Source: Ascoidea asiatica JCM 7603
Taxonomy: Eukaryota > Fungi > Ascomycota
DNA length: 27,852 nucleotides
Direction: 5' to 3'
Assembly (NCBI GenBank): GCA_001600695.1
Contig: BCKQ01000003.1
Span: 1,327,164 to 1,355,015, forward strand
Positions 1-9,700 of this stretch are shown here, piece by piece. The notes beneath the pieces were generated by a model. The model made no database searches. It worked only from the letters and a program-made list of their open reading frames with translations, and was not told where the DNA came from. The position numbers and the translations under genes were made by a program. Position 1 is the stretch's first letter. Each line of letters starts with the position of its first letter.

Positions 1-2
1 TA

Positions 3-1270
3 GAATCACAGTATGATTCTACCTCAAATTATAACTCTAACTCAACTAAATTTCCAAAAACAAACAATATCTCACAAACAAATGAATCAACTTCAGAATC
101 TGGTTCTTATGCTTCTTCTATAACTAGTGATGATGGTCCAAAATACTTAAAAGATAACAATAAAGATCTACCTGAAGATTTTATCAGCGATTTCAAAAGT
201 CTTAGTATAAATGTTTCCAAAATTTTAAATCAAAATAGAGAAAGACCATCTTTTAAATCTAATGGCTTATCATGTTTTTTTCTGTGGAACAAATGGACAA
301 CATTTGAGGGAGTGCTCTGATATAACTCATTATGTATCTGCCGGAATTATTACTTTTATTAACGGTCGAATTGGTGATAAATTTGGGAAATGGGTCCAGC
401 TTTCTAGTATTCCTTATAAGAATTCAGATACCTTCAAATCATTACTCGATCCTCAAAAAAAGAAAGCTGAAGTTGAACTCAGAGATTTTAATCCTGATGA
501 TGTTTTAAAACTAACTGATTTCTTTGTCAAAGCTGCCAAAAGACATGCTGAATCCAATTTAACAGATTCTGAACAACTCAAAAGGGCTTCTCATTCGCCA
601 AAAATTAGCAACCTACTCAATGCATTAAGTGTAGAAAATAATAAACCCAGAGAAAAGAGATATCCCTTTCGTAGTCAACGTTACAGTGATGTTAGGTTAT
701 CTCCTGCTGAAGAAGAAGAATTTATTGACTTAATATTAGACACTCCTGTTTCTATTAGTATAAAAAACCTTCTAGGATTAAATAATAGATCTTTGGTACA
801 AAATATTATCAATAAAATTAAATCAAAATCAAGACCTTTTGTTGATGCTAAAGAATCTCCTACCTCAGATAATATGAAAATAGGTAAAGTTCTCGTGGAA
901 GAATCTGATGGAAAATGGTTAATTCCTGAAACATGTCATTATGACCCTGATTGTTTACTTTTACTTCAGAATGCCTGGTTTGCCGCTCCTCTTATTAAAT
1001 TTCAATGTAAAATAAAATTAAACACTGAGTACATCACTCTAGATCGAGGTGCACAAATGAGTTTCATAACTACCAAGGCTGTAAAAATGCTTGGTATTGA
1101 AGTTTACCCAACAGAAACCGCTGGAATTGCTTTCGATAATAGGAAAATTCCATTTAATTGATAAACATAATTTATTATCACGATCAATGATGTAGACTTT
1201 GGTGTTAAAGCCTATGTGTTGGAAGATGATACAATTTTCGATATTAGTCTTGGTAACAATTTTTTCCTTG
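3..1270 (+). pseudogene. gag C-terminus (degenerate CCHC knuckle) plus aspartic protease of the left gypsy relic
   Basis: An open frame from position 3 shifts in the T-run at ~275-281 into ORF 262-1161. The protease motif reads LDRGA (D-T/S-G altered) and there are in-frame stops at ~1159-1170. Confidence 0.75.
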
Positions 1271-2189
1271 TAAATGGATTCAAAATGGAGTCAAGAATAG
1301 TGGATGCTAATACAAACGGTGGTGCTCCAATTAATGTGATAATTTCATTCTTGATACCAACCTCTACATCCTTTGAAGCAATATATTCTTATATTAAACT
1401 TTATCCTAAAACAAAAAAACTAATCCCTCCAGGAAATGCTATAACCAAATCAATAAAAAGTGAATGTTATGTTATAAAAAAATCGATAGCAACACCACCT
1501 GCAGTGAAAGATATAAGTGAACAAGAATTTTACACAATTTGTCCTCCAGGGCTTCCCGAAGGAATTCGCAAACCAATGTTAGCTGAAATTAAATCAATGA
1601 AATTAAGAGAAGTTTTTAAATTTGAAGGGGACATGCCTGGGAAAGCAAAAATAGTTCCAATTCATCAAGAATTCAGCAATATTGAACCATGGCAAAATCA
1701 TCCATATCCAATACCATTGTCACTTAAAGCTCAAGCTATCAATCAACTACAAGAAATGGTAAGAACCGAGCAAGTGAAGCACTCAAATTCTAGTTATAAT
1801 AATGCTGTCATCTTTAAGGAAAACCTAATGGAAAATTGAGAATGCTCGAAGACTTAAAAACAATAAATAATTATGCTTAGGATACAAATTTGAAAATGGT
1901 AAAAGGAAAATTCCTCAAGATGCTGTTGAAAACATAAAAGAACTAAAAAAACCTACAACTATTAAGGAAGTTCGATCCATTCTTGGGGTGTTAAATTTTT
2001 ATCGATCATTTATAAATACTATTGGTTATATTGCTGAACCATTGTATGCTTTACTTAAAGTTAAATCAAATGTCAAAAATACAACAAAAATAATCGATTC
2101 CTGGGACGAGTCGTGTTCAAATGCTTTAGAATTATTAAAATCCAAGGTCATTGCTAATGAAGGGCTTGACGGATATCAAGAAACTCGAA

Positions 2190-2600
2190 CAACTGCTTTA
2201 GTTTGTTTGCGATGCTAGTTTTAGAGGTTGGTCTGCTATCTTATGTCAACTTGACATACCTTATATTGACTTTGAGAAGATTGATGCTGGTATGGTATTA
2301 AATGCAAAGAAATTTTTATTACAGTTTGAATCTGGACATTTTTCTGATGGTGAGAAAAATCGTGCAATTCATGATCTTGAAGCCTTGGCTATTAGAAGGG
2401 GAATAGAAAGATTCAAGTACTATCTCCCTCCAAACATAGTAATACTTTCTGATAATAATGCAACAGTAAAATCTGTAGATAAAATCAATCCTGCCACATT
2501 TCCCAATACTATTATCAGCAGGGCTTTCACAGTCATATCTCAATTCAATTATAAAATCTTTCATATCAAAGGTAAAGATAACCCAGCTGATATATGGTCA
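2190..2600 (+). pseudogene. RNase H domain of the left gypsy relic
   Basis: VCDASFRGWSAILCQ ... EKNRAIHDLEALAIRRGIERFKYYL ... ILSDNNAT ... HIKGKDNPAD. Confidence 0.85.
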
Positions 2601-3009
2601 GGAATATCCGAAGTATTTGATCCAGACTTAGAAGAATCAACACAAACGCCAATGATTAAACGAACCGAGTTGGTACAAAATAACACACAAGCAATTGATG
2701 AAGTTACTAAATCTTTAGGTATTGTTGGTCTACTTGGCTCATCTCAAGAAGAGAAACAATTTATCGAGAATAATTATGTGAATAAAGTAAAAGGTATCCT
2801 AGAAAAAGAAATAACAATTTATAAGAACATCCCCTATCAAGAAATAATTTTATTTTTAACTACTTATCAGATACCTGTCCGGCTAGATGAAAATACTACA
2901 AACCAATCATTAAACTTTATGTCAAAGAAACAATTTATCTCAATTTGCCGTCAACTTCTGGTAAGTGATATGAAATTATACAAACACTTTAAAGGAACAA
3001 TTCGTTTAG

Positions 3010-4060
3010 TTGTTACAAATCCAACTATAATTAGTCTCCTTATTTACTATTACCATGAGGGTCATGCCAGTATTACCTCAATCCACCATTTAGTTAATCG
3101 AAAATATTTTATTCCAAAACTTCTGTATATTATTCAAGAACTTCTTAAAACATGTACTGAATTTCAATTATTCTCTTCAATTCCACCTAATAAAATCCCT
3201 ATAAATTTAAATATGACTACAGGAATTTTTAACAGAATTATTGTGGATACTGTCTATCTTCCAGAAGCTTATTATGGATTCCGTTACCTCCCTCTATTTA
3301 GAGACGCTCATACACTCTATGTGGAACCGCTTGCTTCAAAAACATTGAATTCTAAGACACTATCAAAATTTTTCAGAGAAGAAATAATTATGGTACTCCT
3401 GCTGAACTGATGTCTGACGGTGGGTCTGAATACAATAATAAAAACTTTGATAATGTGTGAGAAACATATGGTATCAACCATATTATAACTTTTACTTATC
3501 ATCCACAGAGTAATGGTTCAAGTGAAGCTAGTCACTATTTTGTTGTGAGACCTTAAATGAAGCTGTCTGCAGAAAGATGCTCAGACAACCTAAGTTAGGT
3601 ATGTTATTACGATAGATGGACTACTCGACGAAGCGCAGGGTTTAGCCCGGGATTCCGGACTCTTGGATATGAAGCTTCCAACTATATTGATAATATTTTA
3701 GATTTAGTCAATTCAAAGTTAAACAATTTAACTATGGATTAATGGATTAGTGCTCCAATAGATGCTTTAAAAACAAAGGATATTATTAAAAAAGTTTCTG
3801 AATTAAATTTTTTAAAATGGAAAATAGAGGAAAAACTCAAGTTTGATGAATCATTTAAATTTACTCCTTCAACTTTTCAAACAAATGACTTAGTGACTCT
3901 AAGAGGTATGATGTAACATAAGAAAGCTCAAAAAAAAATAACGAAAATGGTTACGCCCTTATAGAATCCATAAAATGTTAGACACAACAGTATTTCTAAA
4001 AACGTCACTGCAGCTGTTCTTACTAGGCAATACCCTACAGATCAGCTCAAATTATTTCCA
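3010..4060 (+). pseudogene. Integrase of the left gypsy relic (frameshifted)
   Basis: HHCC zinc site with the last Cys changed to Phe, D,D(35)E-type core segments, TTRRSAGFSP and a degenerate C-terminal FQTNDLV...PYRI motif. Several frameshifts and stops. Confidence 0.85.
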
Positions 4061-4184
4061 ACCCCAGGTAATGACTCCAATTTGGATACTTTTACAAAAC
4101 ATATTTTGCTGACAGAAATGCTTCGACAATCATTTTTGACCTCAGTTCTTATAATACTAAGTTATGATCCTGTGATTAGTTTTT

Positions 4185-4326
4185 TGTTTCAATTTTTTAT
4201 GTGTTTCAATTTTTATTGTATGTTTCAATTTTGATTATGAGTTTCAATTTTTTGTTTCAAATTTTATTACGTGATTAATTTGTTTATTTATTTTTTTATA
4301 ATTTTGTGTTTGTTTATTTATTTTTT
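4185..4326. repeat. Imperfect tandem repeats (about 5x GTTTCAATTTT, 2x TTTGTTTATTTATTTTTTT) downstream of the integrase
   Basis: Read directly from the sequence. A TATA-like TATATAAA follows at ~4368, so this may be 3' UTR or LTR U3. Confidence 0.6.
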
Positions 4327-5483
4327 CGCTAGGTAGACCTTTGTTTACATTGCAGAGGCCAGCATAATATATAAAGAGATATTGAAAGACTTATAATTAT
4401 TTTAAATTCATTTTAGTTTATTTTTCAAATTATTATTAATCTTTATTATTTAAATCACATGTCAAATAACTTAGTAATTTTACCTTCCCCCTCCTGAATT
4501 GAAACAATTAAACAATTTGAAAATAAGTTTGGACTTTATCGCCCTCTGATTTTGGCATTTTATGCTCATCATAAGGACACACCTTTTTTATTGATGATTC
4601 AAGTGATATTTCTATTAATAATAAAACTAAAAGAATGTTTAACTTAATGAATGCAAGTGCAAATTATATAATCATTTCAAAAAAAAAAAAAAAACATTTA
4701 CTATAAAAAGCTTTAATCTTTTTCTTTTTTTCTTTTTAATTTTATTAATTTATGAATTATCATCATTCAATTTGTTTTTAACAACCTCAACTTATTAATA
4801 AATATTATTTTTTTTATATTTAATAAAAAAATCTGACTTTTGTAAGCAGTACAATCAAAAGTAATAATTTTTTTTTTTATGTTTAATCTAGAATACCCTA
4901 ACAACAATTTGTCACTTGTACCTTAAAACTAATACTTGCATAAATTTTAAAATGAATATTAATATAAAACATTTATTTTCTAATACTTAATAATTTAAGA
5001 TAAATACTAATGATTAAAATTATTTATTTTTTAACGTTCAATAACTTTTAAATTCTAAATTCTTTTATTTGAATTCTGAAATGGCTAAAAATAGGTTAAC
5101 TTAAAGTTATCTTAAAGAATTATCTCTGATTTATCAAAAAATTATCATAAGAAGTCAACTAAAGAAATTTTATTTATGTTTCTATTTTTTTTTTTACATT
5201 TTATTTCTTTGCATTACCTATTTGTTAATAATAATCTTAACTAAAATTATAATCTCAATAATAATTATCTAGTAAATTATTTATGGTTTCTGAATCCTTA
5301 TTCGATTTTGCTCACATATATAAATATTATAAAATAGTACCTAAATTTCATTTCTTTTTCTATTTCAATTTCTATTTTTTTATTCATTTTTTTTATTTTC
5401 TCAAATTAAAACCAATTAATTCACTAATATAATTAAAATCAAGGAAAATATTTAATTTATAATAAAAAAGTATATTATTAAAA

Positions 5484-6572
5484 ATGGAAATTAGTTCACC
5501 AATTAAGGATAATAGATGTGATTTTCCACATAAATATCTTACATTAACAAATAGTGCAAAAGATTTAAAAAGTGAAGTTGATAATATGACAAATGAACTT
5601 TATCATCAAACAAAATTAATTAGAAATTTAAATATTGATTTAAATGAAAATAAAGATATTTATCTTTGGAGACAAGATGTAATTGAATTAGCAATTGAAT
5701 TAAATTTACCAATTCAATCTTATAAAAATGTTTCATTTTATCCAATGAATCCAATTGAAAAATTACAATTAAATATTTTACATAAAAAAATGCTTAATAG
5801 TTTCAATAATAATAATTATCCATATGGATTTTCTCAATTACATCCTGCATTTATCTATGAAATTATAAGTAGAAAATTTATTGAAGAAAATTTTGCTTAT
5901 GATAATTTACCAAATTATAATAATATTTCAGATTCAATTTCTAATAACATTTCAAATCCAAATTCTTTTAATAATGAGAATAAATTTAATCATTATATTA
6001 TAAATTTAAAACAAATTGAAATAAATTATTCAAATTTTAATGATATTCAAGATATTGAACATTTATTTGAAAGAATTAATGCTTTATTTTATCAATATGA
6101 AATGGATAGAGGTTATGAAATAAAAGATGAAGAAAAAATTTTAAATTATTTAAAAATTATGATTATTAATGAAAATGAATTATATCAAATTTTTAAAAAA
6201 TATATTAAAAAGAATCTTGATAAAAATAAGAAAAATAATTGTAATTTAAATTATAATATTCTTTTGGAATTAATAAAGAATAAACTTATTGACCATGTTG
6301 AATTGAGAGAAAATCCTCAAAAAAAAGTTAATAATAATAAATTAAATGATGAAAATCAGGAATATAATATTAATAACAATAATCATCGTCGTAAATTTTT
6401 AATTGAAAAATTATTTAAAAGGAAAAGAAGTTCAAGTAAGAATTTTAATAAAAATTCAAGTAATTTAATTGCAAAAGAATCACATACATCTATTCTTTCA
6501 AATAATTCAAAACAATCAGTTAATTCATATAATTCAGAAAGTTTAGAAAATTATAACCATAATTATATTTAG
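5484..6572 (+). CDS. 362-aa protein with a Ty1/copia Gag capsid-like pattern (candidate domesticated Gag)
   Basis: Intact ORF with AAAATG start and host-like A/T-ending codons. Motifs L-x4-D-x3-W-x4-I-x6-NL and FERINALF...GYEIKDEEKILNYL...Y...LNYNILLELI. The ORF itself is secure; the product call is by-eye. Confidence 0.6.
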   Translation: MEISSPIKDNRCDFPHKYLTLTNSAKDLKSEVDNMTNELYHQTKLIRNLNIDLNENKDIYLWRQDVIELAIELNLPIQSYKNVSFYPMNPIEKLQLNILHKKMLNSFNNNNYPYGFSQLHPAFIYEIISRKFIEENFAYDNLPNYNNISDSISNNISNPNSFNNENKFNHYIINLKQIEINYSNFNDIQDIEHLFERINALFYQYEMDRGYEIKDEEKILNYLKIMIINENELYQIFKKYIKKNLDKNKKNNCNLNYNILLELIKNKLIDHVELRENPQKKVNNNKLNDENQEYNINNNNHRRKFLIEKLFKRKRSSSKNFNKNSSNLIAKESHTSILSNNSKQSVNSYNSESLENYNHNYI

Positions 6573-6887
6573 AATTAAAATATTTATTCATAATAATTTA
6601 TAATTCACTTTTTTTTACTTGGTTTAAATTGGGATGCAAAACTGGGATTTGCACATTTTCATTATTTCTTTTTCGTTGCTTCATTTTACTTTTTTCAGGA
6701 AATTATTTGACATTTTTTTTTTATTTTTACTTTTATTTTTGCTTATCTTTTTTTGCTAATCTTTTTTTTTTCAAATTTTGTTTGCTACCATAGTTATATT
6801 TCATTTATTTTTAAAGGTAAATATCGGTTTCAATTCTCATTTTGTAGTTATATTGTTTTATAAATTCTTAGTTTTATTTTCGAGATT

Positions 6888-6934
6888 ATCTATAGTAAAT
6901 AATAGGGACTAGTACTCATGAATTTACTATAGAT
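6888..6934. repeat. Perfect 13-bp inverted repeat with a 21-nt spacer
   Basis: ATCTATAGTAAAT (6888-6900) and ATTTACTATAGAT (6922-6934). Confidence 0.7.
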
Positions 6935-7335
6935 TTTCAATTTTTATCACTCTAGTGATAATTGTTTCAATAATAATAAATATAATTTCAAACTTAATAA
7001 AATACTTTACCTGTAATATATGTTTGGTTTCAATTAATTGGATAATATTCATAAGGAATAATACTCGAGAATTTAGGAAAATCCAGGAAAATACATTTCT
7101 GATTTAAATCAAAAGCATATGAAAACAGGTAAAACACAAAAAAAAGAAGGTTTAATTAAAGAATCCGTCCTAAAAGGGTAATTTAGGAGCAAATATAAAT
7201 TATTTAGTTCCGAGAAGGCACGTGATATTAAATATATTGTGAAAATAGTACCAGAAAGTTATTTGTCATTGGATTTGAATGCGAAATGTGAAAAAGATAT
7301 GATGAATTATAATTTAATAATATTAGTAGAATTAG

Positions 7336-7428
7336 TTATTCATTTAAACCATCAATTGAAACAATTTCACCAGGTTTAATAGGAAGTAAATCAAGATATA
7401 GACAGCCATCACACCTTAAAGGATCATC
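7336..7428 (-). pseudogene. DRE2: Decayed fragment of the Dre2/anamorsin C-terminus
   Basis: DDPLRCDGCLYLDLLPIKPGEIVSIDG versus the family motif [21 protein letters not shown]. Each difference is explicable by a single base change, and the upstream CxxC and the rest of the gene are absent. Confidence 0.75.
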
Positions 7429-7603
7429 AATGTTATTTGAGCCTTCTGATGCTAGATTATCTTCTTGATTTTCTTTGATTATTGATAATAACAGTACTGT
7501 AATAGTTGTAGAGTAAGTTCCGAGATAACAAATCATGTGAATTTTAATAAATCCGAGAGTTTTTTGTGCTCAGTGCACGCAACCAGCCCGAAATTCAGTG
7601 GAG

Positions 7604-7608
7604 CCAAT
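7604..7608 (+). promoter_or_regulatory. CCAAT box (possible Hap2/3/5 site) upstream of the complex I gene
   Basis: GAGCCAATGA lies ~215 nt upstream of the ATG. CCAAT control of respiratory genes is established in yeasts, but the motif is short. Confidence 0.4.
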
Positions 7609-7662
7609 GAAAAAATGGGAAAAACGCATTACGCTGAGTTTAAACAGTGTTTGGAAATTGAA

Positions 7663-7740
7663 GAAGATATTAATGAAGATATCAATGAAGATACTGATAA
7701 AGATACTGATAAAGATATTGATGAAGATATTGATGAAGAT
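7663..7740. repeat. 12-nt minisatellite (~6.5 copies of RAAGATAYYRAT)
   Basis: GAAGATATTAAT GAAGATATCAAT GAAGATACTGAT AAAGATACTGAT AAAGATATTGAT GAAGATATTGAT GAAGAT. Confidence 0.85.
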
Positions 7741-7821
7741 AAAAACAAGAAAAGAATTAATTGATAAGTAATTGGGAATTGAGAATTGTTGATTAATATA
7801 ATAGTAGAATAGATAAGAAGA

Positions 7822-8607
7822 ATGTTTAGAAGTTCATTAGTTAAATCATTACCAAAATTAAAAATTGGTGTATCATCATCAGTATCACCATCATTTAAAA
7901 TAAATAAAAAAATAATTTTAAATAATAAATTTAATAATGAATTATTATTCAAAAGAACATCAATTATTTCAGTACATAGAGATATTAAAGAAGATAATCC
8001 ATCAATACCATTTGAATTTAATGAAGAAAATTTAAAAAGATCAAAAGAAATAATTTCTCAATATCCTTCACAATATAAAAAAAGTGCAGTTATGCCATTA
8101 TTAGATTTAGGACAAAGACAATTAGGATTTACATCAATTTCAGTAATGAATTATGTTGCAAAATTATTAGATATGCCACCAATGAGAGTTTATGAAGTTG
8201 CAACATTTTATACAATGTATAATAGACATCCAATGGGTAAATATAATATTCAAGTTTGTACAACAACACCATGTCAATTATGTAATTCAGATTCAATTAT
8301 TGAAACTATTCAAAATTATTTAAATATTAAACCTGGAGAAACAACAAAAGATAAATTATTTACATTACAAGAAGTTGAATGTCTTGGAGCTTGTGTTAAT
8401 GCACCAATGATTGCAATAAATGATGATTATTATGAAGATTTAACTTCAGAAAAAACTATTGAAATTTTAAAAGGTTTTGAAGCTGGTAATATTCCAAAAC
8501 CTGGTCCTGTAAGTGGTAGAAAATCTTGTGAACCATTATCTGGTAGAAAAGTTTTATTAAGTAAAGAACCAATTGATCATCGTCAATTTATCAGAAAAGA
8601 TATTTAA
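7822..8607 (+). CDS. NDUFV2: NADH:ubiquinone oxidoreductase 24-kDa subunit (NuoE/NDUFV2), mitochondrial
   Basis: [23 protein letters not shown] and the 2Fe-2S ligands CTTTPC ... ECLGAC. The N-terminus is basic and Ser-rich, like a presequence. Confidence 0.98.
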   Translation: MFRSSLVKSLPKLKIGVSSSVSPSFKINKKIILNNKFNNELLFKRTSIISVHRDIKEDNPSIPFEFNEENLKRSKEIISQYPSQYKKSAVMPLLDLGQRQLGFTSISVMNYVAKLLDMPPMRVYEVATFYTMYNRHPMGKYNIQVCTTTPCQLCNSDSIIETIQNYLNIKPGETTKDKLFTLQEVECLGACVNAPMIAINDDYYEDLTSEKTIEILKGFEAGNIPKPGPVSGRKSCEPLSGRKVLLSKEPIDHRQFIRKDI

Positions 8608-8820
8608 CTTATTCACATTATTCAAAAACTCAATACCATATTTCATTCTTTAAATTAAATAGTAACTGACGATTACAATGTCAAATATATTCTCAATTAA
8701 TTCATCAATAATAAAATTAATAATAAATTTAGTTTATCTTCTTTTATTTATTAGTAACCTACTGCTTCAATTATTATATTTTTTCTTTTGTAGCTCTCTG
8801 ATTTTGATAATTGTCAGAAG

Positions 8821-9060
8821 TGCGTTTCGAAACGCGTCTCGCGATGCGTGTTAAAATGCGTGTTAAAATGCGTGTCGAACAGCGGTAGTGGAAACCACGA
8901 TCCGTTTACTTGGAATTACACCGCCTATATCAATTTAAAACCTGGTTCCGGATGCTTTAAATCCGTGATCCGCAGCACTGGTTCTTTTTTTTTTCCACTG
9001 CAACCACTGCTGTGGTACTGCCTCTACCTCTGCATTTGCCTCTGTTGTCAATACGTGTGA
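8821..9060. promoter_or_regulatory. GC/CpG-enriched promoter island upstream of SAC1, with MCB-like ACGCGT (8832-8837) and tandem ATGCGTGTTAAA
   Basis: Sharp compositional shift from the AT-rich flanks; motifs read directly. Confidence 0.5.
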
Positions 9061-9700
9061 AAAATTAGGATTTAGCTGCAAACACTCAAATATTCAATCA
9101 AAATATTAAAATATTCAAATATTCAATTCGAAATATTCAATTCAAACAATAAGAATTAAATATTTAAAGAAATTGAAGAATTCAAAGAAGTTGAAGAAGT
9201 TGAGGACCTTTCATTGTTTACTCAATTACAACATATTCATATCTTTATTCATAATTCATTCCTCAGTTCAATTTCCTAACCTCGTATCAATAATCTTATT
9301 ATTATCAAACTCAAATTTAATTATCCATTAAAATAATAATTATTTTATCATAAACATAACTTCATAAAAAAACATCAATTAAAACCATTTTTCAATCATT
9401 AAAGTTAACTCTTTCATCGTTTAATTGTTTCGTTCCAACTTTTGCTACTTTTTTTTTCAATTTTTGTTTTGAAAATTTCTTTAAATACTTTCATTTAATT
9501 TCCCCTATAAATCATCGTATAAAAAACAAGATTTAACTTTTTCTTTTTTTAATAGAATCAAATCAAAATCAAATCAAATATAGACAAATAGATCATTAAT
9601 AAAACTTTTAGAATCCAAGAAACTTAATCCTTTTTCTTTTTTCTTCATTTTCATTCATCATTCTTTTACTAAAATTTCTTCATCAAATTCAATTTAAAAA

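Larger units (their letters stand above)
1..4100 (+). mobile_element. Degenerate Ty3/gypsy LTR retrotransposon (5'-truncated by window; gag end-PR-RT remnant-RNaseH-IN)
   Basis: Gypsy domain order across frameshifts and stops: knuckle-like CFF/CGTNGQHLREC (~273-315), protease-like TLDRGAQMSFIT...FDISLGNNF, RT start PYPIP...SNSSYNNAVIF, RT thumb PTTIKEVRSILGVLNFYRSFI, RNase H CDAS...DLEALAI...SDN, integrase HEGH...TCTEF, IIVDT, LMSDGGSEY, YHPQSNGSSE. The 3' boundary is approximate and no LTR pair can be confirmed. Confidence 0.92.

Noticed and set aside
7537-7952. ORFs 7537-7764 (+) and 7629-7952 (-)
   Set aside because: They are products of the 12-nt minisatellite and of antisense overlap with the complex I gene; the first has a GTG start.
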